DNA of 17,517 nt from Candidatus Izemoplasmatales bacterium (GCA_050177605.1 JBFXGX010000022.1:12369-29885); one strand, 5' to 3'; shown: positions 7,547-16,439, counted from the first letter of the stretch. Notes: generated by a model from the letters alone, not told the origin. Translations and numbers: made by a program.

Positions 7547-7930
7547 ATGAGTAGTTTCACATGGGCGTCAAAAAAGCCACTTGATGATTTAGTGACCTTA
7601 ACAGATGCTAATATAACATTAAATAAATCAGCTACAGCTTATTTTGAACACGCGTATGTTGTTTTGCTTGGATTAGACGAGGATCAAAAAATGATTGCAA
7701 TCAAACCTGTGACAAAGGAAGAAGTCGGTCTTGGTTATATCCCAGAAGAACAACAACACAATATTACTGTGAAAGCAAGTTATTCACGTGTATGCAATAA
7801 ACTTTTCTTAAAGGAAGTTGCGGACATTACTGAACTTGATTTCTCTGGTAAACAAGCTTACAAGTTTAAAGCAACTTGGAACAAAAAAGAAAATGCTTTA
7901 ATTGTCGATTTAAAGAATAGAGAGGTGTAA
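7547..7930 (+). CDS. Hypothetical soluble protein (127 aa), possibly a tandem AbrB/MraZ-like beta-hairpin fold
   Basis: The strong SD GGAGGT at 7534-7539 favours ATG 7547 over 7532. The fold guess comes from sequence pattern only. Confidence 0.7.
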   Translation: MSSFTWASKKPLDDLVTLTDANITLNKSATAYFEHAYVVLLGLDEDQKMIAIKPVTKEEVGLGYIPEEQQHNITVKASYSRVCNKLFLKEVADITELDFSGKQAYKFKATWNKKENALIVDLKNREV

Positions 7931-7934
7931 GTAT

Positions 7935-8381
7935 ATGTTTCTAGAACTATCCACTGAAACTTCAATCATGTTACTATGGTTTGGCGTGATTATCATTGCG
8001 TCTGTTATTGAAGTTTCCACAATGGATTTATCTAGCATTTGGTTTGCTGCAGGAGCATTAGTAAGTTTTATTATTTCTTTGATTTGGCCAACGGCATATG
8101 TTGCTCAAATCGTTGCCTTCATCATCGTGTCATCACTTTTGTTATTAGAAGTAAGACCTGCATTAAAAGGATATTTAACGAAAAATGATGTTAAGACAAA
8201 CGCTGACAGAGTCATCGGTAAATTAGCTGTATGCACTAAAGCATTCAAAGCTGGAGACCGCGGAGAAGTAAAAATAGATGGTAAAATTTGGACAGCGATT
8301 TCAAATGAAGATGTTGTACTAAATGAAAAAGTTGAAGTTTTATCAATTGATGGCGTAAAATTGGTGGTACGTAAACCATAA
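7935..8381 (+). CDS. NfeD family protein (short form: TM segments plus C-terminal OB domain)
   Basis: Three hydrophobic helices, then TNADRVIG...GEVKIDGKIWTA...VEVLSIDGVKLVV; upstream of an SPFH gene. Confidence 0.92.
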   Translation: MFLELSTETSIMLLWFGVIIIASVIEVSTMDLSSIWFAAGALVSFIISLIWPTAYVAQIVAFIIVSSLLLLEVRPALKGYLTKNDVKTNADRVIGKLAVCTKAFKAGDRGEVKIDGKIWTAISNEDVVLNEKVEVLSIDGVKLVVRKP

Positions 8382-9049
8382 TGAATGCAGGATTTATCAA
8401 AAGAGGTGTTGCATCATTAATCGACATCACGATGATACTTATTATAGTATCTCTTACATTTTACCTATTCGGAAGACAAGTATTAAGAAATCAAATACCC
8501 TATTTTGACGAGATTAACCAAGCGTACGCTGAAGTGATTGCTGCATATAATGCTGATATTACTGCAGCGACGGATGCCTATGACGCTCAAATGGAACTGG
8601 CAAATGGAGACTCTGACTTAGAAAGCGCAGCTAGCGTGCTATATAATCAAAGAGTTGAAATTATCAATAACCAAAACTTAATGGATATTGAACCCTACAA
8701 TCGAACATTAACTCGTTACTATTTAAATAACATCTACTTCTACTCAATTGGATTCTTATTGTTATTATCGATTTATACAATCGCAACCAATGGAAAGACA
8801 TTAGGTAGAAAAGTGGCAAAAGTGGAATTAGAAGGATCGGTTAATCCAATCTCCGTATTCTTCCATGATGTCATCTTAAAATATTTCTTCATTTTATTAA
8901 TTTTGATTCTGAATGTTTACTTTGGTCTCATCGCACTTGCCCTGTCATTTATTACAGATTTGGTGTTAATGAGTTTCACCAAAAACAAACGAACAATCAG
9001 AGATTATCTTTTAGGTATTAAAGTAGCAAATTCCAATTACTGGAAATAA
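8381..9049 (+). CDS. RDD family membrane protein with a long helical loop insertion
   Basis: AGFIKRGVASLID, GKTLGRKVAKVEL, KRTIRDYLLG; its start overlaps the nfeD stop (TAATG). Confidence 0.82.
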   Translation: MNAGFIKRGVASLIDITMILIIVSLTFYLFGRQVLRNQIPYFDEINQAYAEVIAAYNADITAATDAYDAQMELANGDSDLESAASVLYNQRVEIINNQNLMDIEPYNRTLTRYYLNNIYFYSIGFLLLLSIYTIATNGKTLGRKVAKVELEGSVNPISVFFHDVILKYFFILLILILNVYFGLIALALSFITDLVLMSFTKNKRTIRDYLLGIKVANSNYWK

Positions 9050-9082
9050 ATATAAAAAATAAATAATATAGGAGGTACCACA

Positions 9083-10039
9083 ATGTTTCAACCAATTTTC
9101 TTAGTATCAACCGGATGGATTCTCTTTATCGCACTACTTGTTATCGCATTAATTTATTTAGGATCTAGAATTAAAATCGTTCCTCAAGCTACACAATACG
9201 TTATTGAAAGATTTGGTAAATATCATAGAACTTTAAACTCAGGGTTTAATTATTTAATGCCTTTTGGTGATATCATCCATAAAACGTTTAACGCAAGAGG
9301 CCACATTACAGATAAAATCACTTTAAAAGAACAAGTCTTAGACTTTGCACCTCAAGCTGTTATTACAAAAGATAACGTTACAATGCAAATTGACACTGTT
9401 GTATTCTTACAAATCACAGATGCAAAACAATATGTATATGGTGCGGAAAATCCAGGATTATTAATCGAACAATTAACCGCGACTACACTACGTAACATTA
9501 TCGGTGAATTAGAACTTGACCAAACACTTACTAGCCGTGACTTAATCAATGAAAGAATGAGATTAATTCTTGATGAAGCTACCGACCCATGGGGTATTAA
9601 AATTAACCGTGTTGAGTTAAAAAATATTATCCCTCCGAAAGAAATTCGTGAAGCAATGGAAAAACAGATGCGTGCCGAACGTGAACGTCGTGAATCCATC
9701 TTAATCGCTGAAGGTAAGAAAGCATCCGCAATCTTAGAAGCCCAAGGCGAAAAAGAATCCGCAATTCTTAGAGCCGAAGCGAAAAAAGAAGCTGCTATTC
9801 GTGAAGCTGAAGGTCAAGCCCAAGCCATCCTTAAAGTCCAAGAAGCTACCGCAAGAGGTATCGAAGTTGTTAAGAATGCAAAAGCAGATCAAGCCGTCTT
9901 AACACTTGAAGCTTACAAAGCAATGGTTAATGTAGCAAATGGCCAAGCAACTAAAATCATCATCCCATCAGATTTACAAGGTGTTGTTGGTTTAGCAAAT
10001 GGCGTGCTTGAATCTTTAAAAGATCCAGCTAAAAAATAA
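9083..10039 (+). CDS. SPFH/band 7 (stomatin/QmcA-like) protein
   Basis: N-terminal TM, IVPQ...VIERFGKY, VITKDNV, TTLRNIIG, WGIKINRVE, AMEKQMRAERERR coiled coil; SD AGGAGGT. Confidence 0.95.
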   Translation: MFQPIFLVSTGWILFIALLVIALIYLGSRIKIVPQATQYVIERFGKYHRTLNSGFNYLMPFGDIIHKTFNARGHITDKITLKEQVLDFAPQAVITKDNVTMQIDTVVFLQITDAKQYVYGAENPGLLIEQLTATTLRNIIGELELDQTLTSRDLINERMRLILDEATDPWGIKINRVELKNIIPPKEIREAMEKQMRAERERRESILIAEGKKASAILEAQGEKESAILRAEAKKEAAIREAEGQAQAILKVQEATARGIEVVKNAKADQAVLTLEAYKAMVNVANGQATKIIIPSDLQGVVGLANGVLESLKDPAKK

Positions 10040-10043
10040 GTTT

Positions 10044-10083
10044 AAAAGATAAAGCGAGGAAAAATTTCCTCGCTTCTTTTTTT
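10044..10083. terminator. Intrinsic terminator, likely bidirectional, between the SPFH gene and ahpD
   Basis: AAGCGAGGAA (10052-10061) / TTCCTCGCTT (10066-10075) plus T tract. Confidence 0.85.
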
Positions 10084-10086
10084 GTA

Positions 10087-10656
10087 TTAATAGAGTATTC
10101 TTTTTCTAAATAGGTTGATGATTATAAACACAATCATGATAGGGTACGCTACAATACCGTTATATAAATCTGTCAAAAATTTGGCATTGGAGACCTTTCT
10201 AAAATGAATTCTATCCCAAAGATTTCCCAAACTAATTCCATTCATATTTCCAAACATAATTACTTTAATCGATGCTAAAATTCCAAGCGCCATCTCATTG
10301 CCATAATAATCTTTAACCCTTTGATATGCTTCTTTCTCATAATGACCAGAGGTGTCAGCATAGTGTTGAGCAAAAACAAGTGCAATGTTTTGATGAGAAT
10401 CTAGCTTCTTATAGTCATCATCTAAAATTGCTTTTAACTCTTCTTCGTTCGCACCAGCTTTCAATAACTCCGCCGTATGATAATATGTACAAATCCTACA
10501 GCCATTAACGTTTGTGACCGCCATCATAATATTGCTTCGAAAGACTTTGTCTACCTTCATTAGATATTTACTATATTTTGCCATCATATATGCGGCATCA
10601 AATAGTGTCTTCGTAAAGGTCTTTACTGAAAAATATTTTTGTTCTTTTTTTAACAT
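10087..10656 (-). CDS. AhpD/carboxymuconolactone decarboxylase family protein with C-terminal hydrophobic helix
   Basis: IMMAVTNVNGCRICTYYH, the AhpD CxxC-xxx-H core. Confidence 0.85.
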   Translation of the reverse strand: MLKKEQKYFSVKTFTKTLFDAAYMMAKYSKYLMKVDKVFRSNIMMAVTNVNGCRICTYYHTAELLKAGANEEELKAILDDDYKKLDSHQNIALVFAQHYADTSGHYEKEAYQRVKDYYGNEMALGILASIKVIMFGNMNGISLGNLWDRIHFRKVSNAKFLTDLYNGIVAYPIMIVFIIINLFRKRILY

Positions 10657-10657
10657 A

Positions 10658-11113
10658 TTAATTCTCCTCTATATCCATTCCTGCTATTCTTTGAAAGGAA
10701 TATGAAATGGTATCAAATGCGTCAAGAAGTTTGTTTTTTTCAAAAGAACTTAACTTGGATAGTTTATAATCTATATGTTCCTCTATCGAGGATATAATGT
10801 CTTTAGCAACACTTACTCCTCTAGTTGTTAAAACAATTTCTCGCGATCTTTTATCTATTTCACTATCGATAATTTCTATGTACCCATTTTGAAACAACTT
10901 CTTAATTAAGTAAGCGAATGATCCGTTTTCCATCATTAGGTTCTCGGAATAAAATGTTAACGCTTCATGCGGAAATCGATAAATCATTGGTAACAACTTT
11001 GCCTCTCTTGGCTTAAGCCCATATTTTTGACATGCTTCACTATTGTTTCCAATTTCCAATAAAAGTTTCATTAACAATGTTAATTCGTCACACAAACATT
11101 TTTCTGCCATCAT
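10658..11113 (-). CDS. MarR family transcriptional regulator
   Basis: YGLKPRE, wHTH wing IKKLFQNGYI...DKRSREIVLTTRG; 151 aa; N-terminal Cys residues. Confidence 0.85.
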   Translation of the reverse strand: MMAEKCLCDELTLLMKLLLEIGNNSEACQKYGLKPREAKLLPMIYRFPHEALTFYSENLMMENGSFAYLIKKLFQNGYIEIIDSEIDKRSREIVLTTRGVSVAKDIISSIEEHIDYKLSKLSSFEKNKLLDAFDTISYSFQRIAGMDIEEN

Positions 11114-11124
11114 ATCACCTATAT

Positions 11125-11194
11125 TATTTAGATTTCTAAATATATTTTATCGTTTTTTATTAATATAATCAATATTTAATTAGATTTCAAAATA
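11125..11194 (-). promoter_or_regulatory. marR promoter flanked by two palindromic operators
   Basis: TTGATT (11172-11167)-17 nt-TAAAAT (11149-11144); perfect inverted repeat TATTTAGA-TT-TCTAAATA at 11125-11142 and a 16/18 copy at 11177-11194. Confidence 0.75.
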
Positions 11195-11201
11195 AATATA
11201 T

Positions 11202-11228
11202 AAAAAAAGAAACTTTTCAGTTTCTTTT
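11202..11228 (-). terminator. Intrinsic terminator after the metallophosphoesterase gene
   Basis: AAAAGAAACU-gaaa-AGUUUCUUUU plus U tract on the minus strand. Confidence 0.7.
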
Positions 11229-11232
11229 CTGT

Positions 11233-12666
11233 TTATTTGCTGATGACAACTTCTTCTAATACTTGTACGCTTGTTGGCACAAGTGCAAATGCACTATCTT
11301 TAATAACAACGTATGAGATAATATGAATCTCATCTTCTGTTACTGTAATAAATGGAATGACAGGATATTCATTCAGCATTTTATATTGCACTTCAAGGCC
11401 AGAGGATTTGTCTCCTCCATAAAACTTCGTTGCCACAGTGTTTCCTGTTAAATAAGTTACCCCAATTGAAGAAGAATAATGGTTAAAGTCATTGGAAGAA
11501 CCTGAAATGTTTAATACACCAATATCATAAGCATCGCTCGTCGAGAATGGTACCATCTCAAAGTTTGAATAAACTGCTCTTGAATATTGATGATCATGTC
11601 CGGATAAAACTAAATCAACATTATATTCATCAAATATTGGAATTAAATTATTGCGAACATTAAATGTATCATAAGATAATCCATATGGCCCACGATGAAG
11701 TAACACAATATTCCAAGTTGCGGTGGAATTTGCTAAATCATCCCGTATCCAATTGTTCAAGATTTCGACATTATCAGTATCATAATAAGCACATTCTGTC
11801 GTTCCGTCGCAATAGGTTTCGGTATCAATTACCGTGAAATGGGCATTACCGTAATTAAAACTATAGGTTTTTCCATCATCAATATGAGCTCCACGTTGAT
11901 CAAATCCTATTTCATCAAATGGCCCATATACTGGTCCATTATCAGGCAAGTTAATATATCCATCGTATTCTAGTTGTGTGATTCGATCTAAATCAACTCT
12001 TCCAAACTCATGATTACCAATAGTTGCGACAATCGGTGTGCTCGTAATAAAGAAAGATGAATAACGATAAAACCAAGTCCATTCTGTTTTAATATCAGAA
12101 TCATTGATCATATCGCCAGGAAACATCACAAAATCATAGGCTTGTGATGAATATTCTAAAGTATATAGAACAGCATAAGCGTAAGCCATATATCCTAGTT
12201 CAGCATTTTCTTGAGGGTCTGCAATATACATAAATGTAAAATCACCATTCACATTTGAATTCATTGTAAACGTATAATCATCAGAAAGTACTGTTCCTGA
12301 GGTTGTGCCCACATGATAAGTATATGTTTTTCCTACTTCTAAAGAAGTCATATCCGCTTCATATAAATAAGCAGTTTTTCTTCCAATCGGTGTTGTTTTG
12401 TTGGTGGCGATGACTAAGGTATAATCATCTGTGCCAACTTCTTTATATTCAACGAAGGCTTCGGTCTCTTCGGATAATTCAAAATTTAATCCCATCGAAC
12501 TTGTTGGATCTGCCGTCATAAATAATCCAATATTATATGGATTCTCTAGACTTGAAACCAAATCTTCGATTGTTTGGGTTGTGGTTGTTTCTGTCGTTGT
12601 ACCAGTGCACCCAACAAAAACAGTTGCCAGGATGATAAGTAAAGTTGCTAATAATGTTTTTTTCAT
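11233..12666 (-). CDS. Lipoprotein metallophosphoesterase (purple acid phosphatase-like, N-terminal FN3-like domain)
   Basis: Signal peptide with lipobox FVGC, Thr-rich linker, calcineurin-like motifs ADPQ, GDMIN, GNHE, VLLH, SGHDH. Confidence 0.88.
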   Translation of the reverse strand: MKKTLLATLLIILATVFVGCTGTTTETTTTQTIEDLVSSLENPYNIGLFMTADPTSSMGLNFELSEETEAFVEYKEVGTDDYTLVIATNKTTPIGRKTAYLYEADMTSLEVGKTYTYHVGTTSGTVLSDDYTFTMNSNVNGDFTFMYIADPQENAELGYMAYAYAVLYTLEYSSQAYDFVMFPGDMINDSDIKTEWTWFYRYSSFFITSTPIVATIGNHEFGRVDLDRITQLEYDGYINLPDNGPVYGPFDEIGFDQRGAHIDDGKTYSFNYGNAHFTVIDTETYCDGTTECAYYDTDNVEILNNWIRDDLANSTATWNIVLLHRGPYGLSYDTFNVRNNLIPIFDEYNVDLVLSGHDHQYSRAVYSNFEMVPFSTSDAYDIGVLNISGSSNDFNHYSSSIGVTYLTGNTVATKFYGGDKSSGLEVQYKMLNEYPVIPFITVTEDEIHIISYVVIKDSAFALVPTSVQVLEEVVISK

Positions 12667-12744
12667 TTTGCCCCCATAATCATTTAAGAAGTGTATTTCA
12701 AATATAACTTATTCTATCTATTTTTTCAAGAAAAATTATCTAGC

Positions 12745-12781
12745 AAAAAAATCCAATCTAAGAAAATAAATTGGATTTTTT
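12745..12781 (-). terminator. Intrinsic terminator after asnS
   Basis: AAAAAATCCAAT / ATTGGATTTTTT inverted repeat. Confidence 0.7.
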
Positions 12782-12792
12782 ATTAGTATTGA

Positions 12793-14181
12793 TTAAAATT
12801 CACAGTTTTTTGGCGTTCTAGGGAAAGGGATGACGTCACGAATATTATCTACTCCAGTAACATACATAACCATTCTTTCAAGTCCTAGTCCAAATCCAGC
12901 ATGAGGACATCCACCATATTTTCTTAAATCAAGATACCACCATAACTCTTCTTTACCAACATGCATTTCTGCCATTCTCTTTTCAAGATAATCAAGTCGT
13001 TCTTCTCTTTGAGAACCACCAATTAACTCTCCAGATCCAGGTACCAGTAAATCCATTGCGGCTACTGTTTTTCCATCATCATTAAGTCTCATGTAGAAAG
13101 CTTTGATTTCTTTTGGCCAATCAATTACGAATACAGGACCATTGAAATGAGCCGTTAAGTATTTCTCATGTTCCGTAGCGAGGTCTTCACCAAATTGTGG
13201 TTCATTCTCAAATTTTTGTCTTGAATCAATCAAAATTTGAATTGCATCATGATGTGTAACTACCGCAAATTTGGAGTTTACAACCTTAGTTAATTTATCT
13301 AGTAATCCCTTTTCTGTAAATTGGTTAAAGAATGCTACTTCTTCCTTGCACTCTGTTAACACTTTCGAAATTACATATTTGACCATATCTTCAGCAAGCG
13401 CCATATCATCTTTTAAATCTGCAAAAGCAAATTCTGGTTCTATCATCCAAAACTCGGATGCGTGTCTTTGCGTATTCGAGTTTTCTGCGCGGAAAGTTGG
13501 TCCAAAGGTATAAACATTACGGAACGCAAGTGCATAAGCTTCGGCTTGTAATTGACCGGAAACTGTTAAATTCGTAGCTTTTCCAAAGAAATCTTTTGAA
13601 GCATCAATCTCTTTAACATTCTTTGATAACATCTCTTGATAATCAAGGGTTGTGACTTTAAACATTTCTCCAGCACCTTCTGCATCAGATCCCGTGACGA
13701 TTGGCGCGTGAAAATAAACGAAATTTCGTTGTTGGAAAAATTCGTGAATAGCATAAGACACTACACTTCTAACTCTAAATACCGCGTTAAATAAATTGGT
13801 TCTCATGCGAAGATGTGCGTTTTCTCTTAAAAACTCTCTTGTATGTCTTTTTGGTTGGATTGGATAGTTTTCTAAACTGTCCCCCACTAGAACAACTTCA
13901 CTGGCTTTGATTTCGAAAGGTTGTTTAAGTTCAGGAGTTAATACGACAACGCCTTTTACAGTTACACTGGAACCAACACGAATCTTTTGAATCTCTTTAA
14001 AATTGTCTAGTTTTTGATCTTCATATACGACTTGAATCGTTTCAAAAAACGTTCCATCATTTAAGTCGATGAATCCAAACTCTTTTTGAGCGCGATTATT
14101 ACGAACCCATCCACTGATTTCAATTGTTTTTGAACCGTACTCATTTACTTTTTGATATAATTCTTTCACTGTTAAACTCAT
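12793..14181 (-). CDS. asnS: Asparagine--tRNA ligase
   Basis: [57 protein letters not shown]. True start is ATG 14181 (SD AAGGAGGT); the ORF-track extension to 14238 lies inside the T-box terminator. Confidence 0.97.
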   Translation of the reverse strand: MSLTVKELYQKVNEYGSKTIEISGWVRNNRAQKEFGFIDLNDGTFFETIQVVYEDQKLDNFKEIQKIRVGSSVTVKGVVVLTPELKQPFEIKASEVVLVGDSLENYPIQPKRHTREFLRENAHLRMRTNLFNAVFRVRSVVSYAIHEFFQQRNFVYFHAPIVTGSDAEGAGEMFKVTTLDYQEMLSKNVKEIDASKDFFGKATNLTVSGQLQAEAYALAFRNVYTFGPTFRAENSNTQRHASEFWMIEPEFAFADLKDDMALAEDMVKYVISKVLTECKEEVAFFNQFTEKGLLDKLTKVVNSKFAVVTHHDAIQILIDSRQKFENEPQFGEDLATEHEKYLTAHFNGPVFVIDWPKEIKAFYMRLNDDGKTVAAMDLLVPGSGELIGGSQREERLDYLEKRMAEMHVGKEELWWYLDLRKYGGCPHAGFGLGLERMVMYVTGVDNIRDVIPFPRTPKNCEF

Positions 14182-14203
14182 TTTGTTTAACCTCCTTAAA
14201 AAT

Positions 14204-14423
14204 AAAAAAACGTCCTTCAAATAAAGGACGATTATCACCGTGGTACCACCTTCGTTCTGGATGAATCCAGCACTCGAAATTCTTTAACGCAGAATGTACG
14301 TTCAGGTCTACTTAGTTCTTCTGACTCTCCCGGTGTTCTTTCAAGTATCTTCTGTATGAGGCTCTCACCAACCCTCATTCGCTAGGACATTTTTGAATAC
14401 TTTACTTTTCCGTTCTATGATTT
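14204..14423 (-). ncRNA. T-box riboswitch (Asn specifier AAC) with transcription attenuator
   Basis: T-box GAAGGUGGUACCACGG (14253-14238); terminator CGUCCUU/AAGGACG plus U7 (14230-14204); stem I with AGUA/GAA loop-E, AGCGA bulge and GGUGAGA apical loop; specifier AAC at 14337-14335; GCGUUA stem IIA/B; stem III CUGGA/UCCAG. Confidence 0.93.
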
Positions 14424-14429
14424 AAACCT

Positions 14430-14457
14430 ATTATATCACAAAGACAAAAATTGTAAA
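14430..14457 (-). promoter_or_regulatory. sigmaA promoter of the T-box/asnS unit
   Basis: TTTACA-16 nt-TATAAT with extended TG. Confidence 0.7.
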
Positions 14458-14481
14458 CAACTTGTTATTATTCTTACCGTA

Positions 14482-14820
14482 TTACCAAGATAGGTGTTCT
14501 ACATCGCTTCTTGTCGCAATTTTTTCTACTTCAAAAGAAACAAATAAATCTCGGTTTCTTGTTAAAATTCCTAAAGAATCAATTTTGATTTGATGATAGG
14601 TAGGGTTATTAACAAAAAAGATAAGTTCTCCCTTTTGTGTCATAAAAGTGAGCTGATAGATTGTTCGGTCAGCACTAGGCTCTGTGTCTTTGTTATATAT
14701 TGCATATTTCATGCGATATAATTTTTTGACTTCCATCCCATGATCATGAAAATTCAATATTTTCTTTTGGGTTAAGACAGCTTTTTCAGTAATGATTTTG
14801 GGCTTTCTTTTCAATAACAT
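14482..14820 (-). CDS. Hypothetical protein resembling the DUF2500 family
   Basis: IYQLTF...GELIFFVN...Y..I....GILT....FVSFE pattern recalled for DUF2500; SD GAGGTGA favours ATG 14820. Confidence 0.6.
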   Translation of the reverse strand: MLLKRKPKIITEKAVLTQKKILNFHDHGMEVKKLYRMKYAIYNKDTEPSADRTIYQLTFMTQKGELIFFVNNPTYHQIKIDSLGILTRNRDLFVSFEVEKIATRSDVEHLSW

Positions 14821-14878
14821 CAAATCACCTCGTTCATTATAATGTCATTATATACTAATTAAAGAAGAAGTTAAATAC

Positions 14879-14909
14879 AAAAAAAGAACTTAGGTTTATC
14901 CTAAGCTCT
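14879..14909 (-). terminator. Intrinsic terminator after the ABC permease
   Basis: AGAGCUUAGG-auaaa-CCUAAGUUCU plus U tract. Confidence 0.8.
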
Positions 14910-14928
14910 CCAAAACGAAGAATTCATT

Positions 14929-15573
14929 TTAATTATCAAGAAAATCGAACTTTTTCTCGACATATCTGAAAGATTTCACAATCACATAACTAAACAAAAG
15001 ATAGAAAATAGCGGCTAAAACAAAGGGTGATATTGTGAAATCTCTAGAAACAACTTCTTTAACATTTCTTAAAATATCTGATATAGCAATAACAGTAACT
15101 AAAGCAGTATCCTTAATCAGTGTAATAACTTCGTTGGTAATCGTTGGAACTTCTTTTCGAATGGCTTGCGGTAAGATAATGTAGCGATAAATTTGAAGTT
15201 TTTTCGCTCCCATCACTGCGGATGCCTCGTATTGATCCTTAGGAATCGATTCTATCCCAGCACGAACAATCTCTGTAAAGTAGGCAGCATAATTAATGAT
15301 AAACCCAATATATGCGACCATCATTCTATCAGTATAGATTCCAAGTGCTGGTAATCCATACATAAACAAGAATAACTGAAGCATTAATGGTGTCCCTCGA
15401 AACAACCAGGTATAAAACCTGACTATACCAACAACGATCTTGCTTTTTGATTTTTCAAGAATTGCGATGATGACCCCAAGCGGGAAAGAAAACAATAAGG
15501 TAACAAAGAAGATCTTCGTAGAGACGAGTGCTCCATCCGATAGATACTTGATTGTTTGAATAATATAATCCAT
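14929..15573 (-). CDS. Polar amino acid ABC transporter permease (HisM/GlnP family)
   Basis: FRGTPLMLQL, YAAYFTEIVRAGIESIP..QYEAS (EAA loop), IILPQA, LIKDTAL. Confidence 0.95.
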   Translation of the reverse strand: MDYIIQTIKYLSDGALVSTKIFFVTLLFSFPLGVIIAILEKSKSKIVVGIVRFYTWLFRGTPLMLQLFLFMYGLPALGIYTDRMMVAYIGFIINYAAYFTEIVRAGIESIPKDQYEASAVMGAKKLQIYRYIILPQAIRKEVPTITNEVITLIKDTALVTVIAISDILRNVKEVVSRDFTISPFVLAAIFYLLFSYVIVKSFRYVEKKFDFLDN

Positions 15574-15577
15574 AAAT

Positions 15578-16369
15578 CTAATCTAAAAAGATGTCTTCTC
15601 CAAACCAAAGAATGGAAATTTCTGCAGCAGTGCCATCATCAATCATTGCTTGCAATGTTTGATTAAATAAGTCTCTTAAATCTGTGTCTTCTAAACGGAA
15701 CCCAATTCCGTATTCTTCTTCACCAAAATCTTCAGTCGCAACTTTATAAGTATCCGTTGTTTGTGTTAACATATAACGACCCATGATTTCGTCGATGACT
15801 ACGGCATCAATTACACCATTTTTAAGATCAAGTAAAGCTTGAGTGTAAGTATCATATTGAACAAGTTCATCTAACGAAGTTACAATTGCGTTGGCATTAA
15901 CGGCTTCTTCTGATGCACTTGATATTTGAACTCCTACTTTTAATCCAGTTAAATCATCAATGGTATCGATTGTTGAATCACTCTTAACGATAATGATTTG
16001 ACGATTTGCTAAATATGGTTGTGAGAAACTCATCTCTAATAATCTTGAATCAGTAATGGTCAAACCATTCCAAATCATATCAATTGTTTTTGCATTTAAT
16101 TCTAATACTTTGGAATCCCAGTCAATAGGTTGGAATACAACATCTACGCCTAAACGTGATGCGACTTCTTTTGCTAGATCAACATCGAACCCAACAAGAT
16201 CCCCGTTTTCATCAACGAATCCCATTGGTGCGAAGGTGTTATCAAGTCCTACGATAAAATATCCTCTTTCTTGAATCACTTCCCAAGATGTTTGTTCTGT
16301 TTGGTTGTTACATCCAAATAATACAACCCCTAAAGTTAATGTAAGTAATGCTAATAATAATTTTTTCAT
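15578..16369 (-). CDS. Polar amino acid ABC transporter substrate-binding lipoprotein (SBP family 3)
   Basis: Lipobox LFGC, FAPMGF, GFDVDLA, IDWDSK, DMIWNGLTIT..R, FSQPY, EEYGIGFR. Confidence 0.95.
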   Translation of the reverse strand: MKKLLLALLTLTLGVVLFGCNNQTEQTSWEVIQERGYFIVGLDNTFAPMGFVDENGDLVGFDVDLAKEVASRLGVDVVFQPIDWDSKVLELNAKTIDMIWNGLTITDSRLLEMSFSQPYLANRQIIIVKSDSTIDTIDDLTGLKVGVQISSASEEAVNANAIVTSLDELVQYDTYTQALLDLKNGVIDAVVIDEIMGRYMLTQTTDTYKVATEDFGEEEYGIGFRLEDTDLRDLFNQTLQAMIDDGTAAEISILWFGEDIFLD

Positions 16370-16391
16370 GTATGTTCACCTCATGAACATC

Positions 16392-16428
16392 ATTATACTT
16401 TATCGCTTTAGCATTGTAAAGCACTAAA
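16392..16428 (-). promoter_or_regulatory. Transporter promoter overlapped by a palindromic HisR/TrpR-like operator
   Basis: TTTACA (16420-16415)-17 nt-TATAAT (16397-16392); GCTTTA-N6-TAAAGC at 16405-16422 with extra half-sites TTTA (16399-16402) and TAAA (16425-16428). Confidence 0.75.
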
Positions 16429-16439
16429 TTATTGATTTT

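Noticed and set aside
7779..7794. Second parS-like core (TTCACGTG)
   Set aside because: The flanks do not match the consensus or form a palindrome, and it is inside a CDS.
12570..12605. GTT/TGT-rich quasi-repeat
   Set aside because: It simply encodes the Thr-rich linker after the lipobox and is not a repeat array.
24..16274. Short antisense or alternate-frame ORFs in the track (for example 24-266, 257-523, 1819-2310, 3403-3672, 9352-9699, 13271-13513, 16056-16274)
   Set aside because: They are shadows of well-supported genes and show no recognisable protein motifs of their own.
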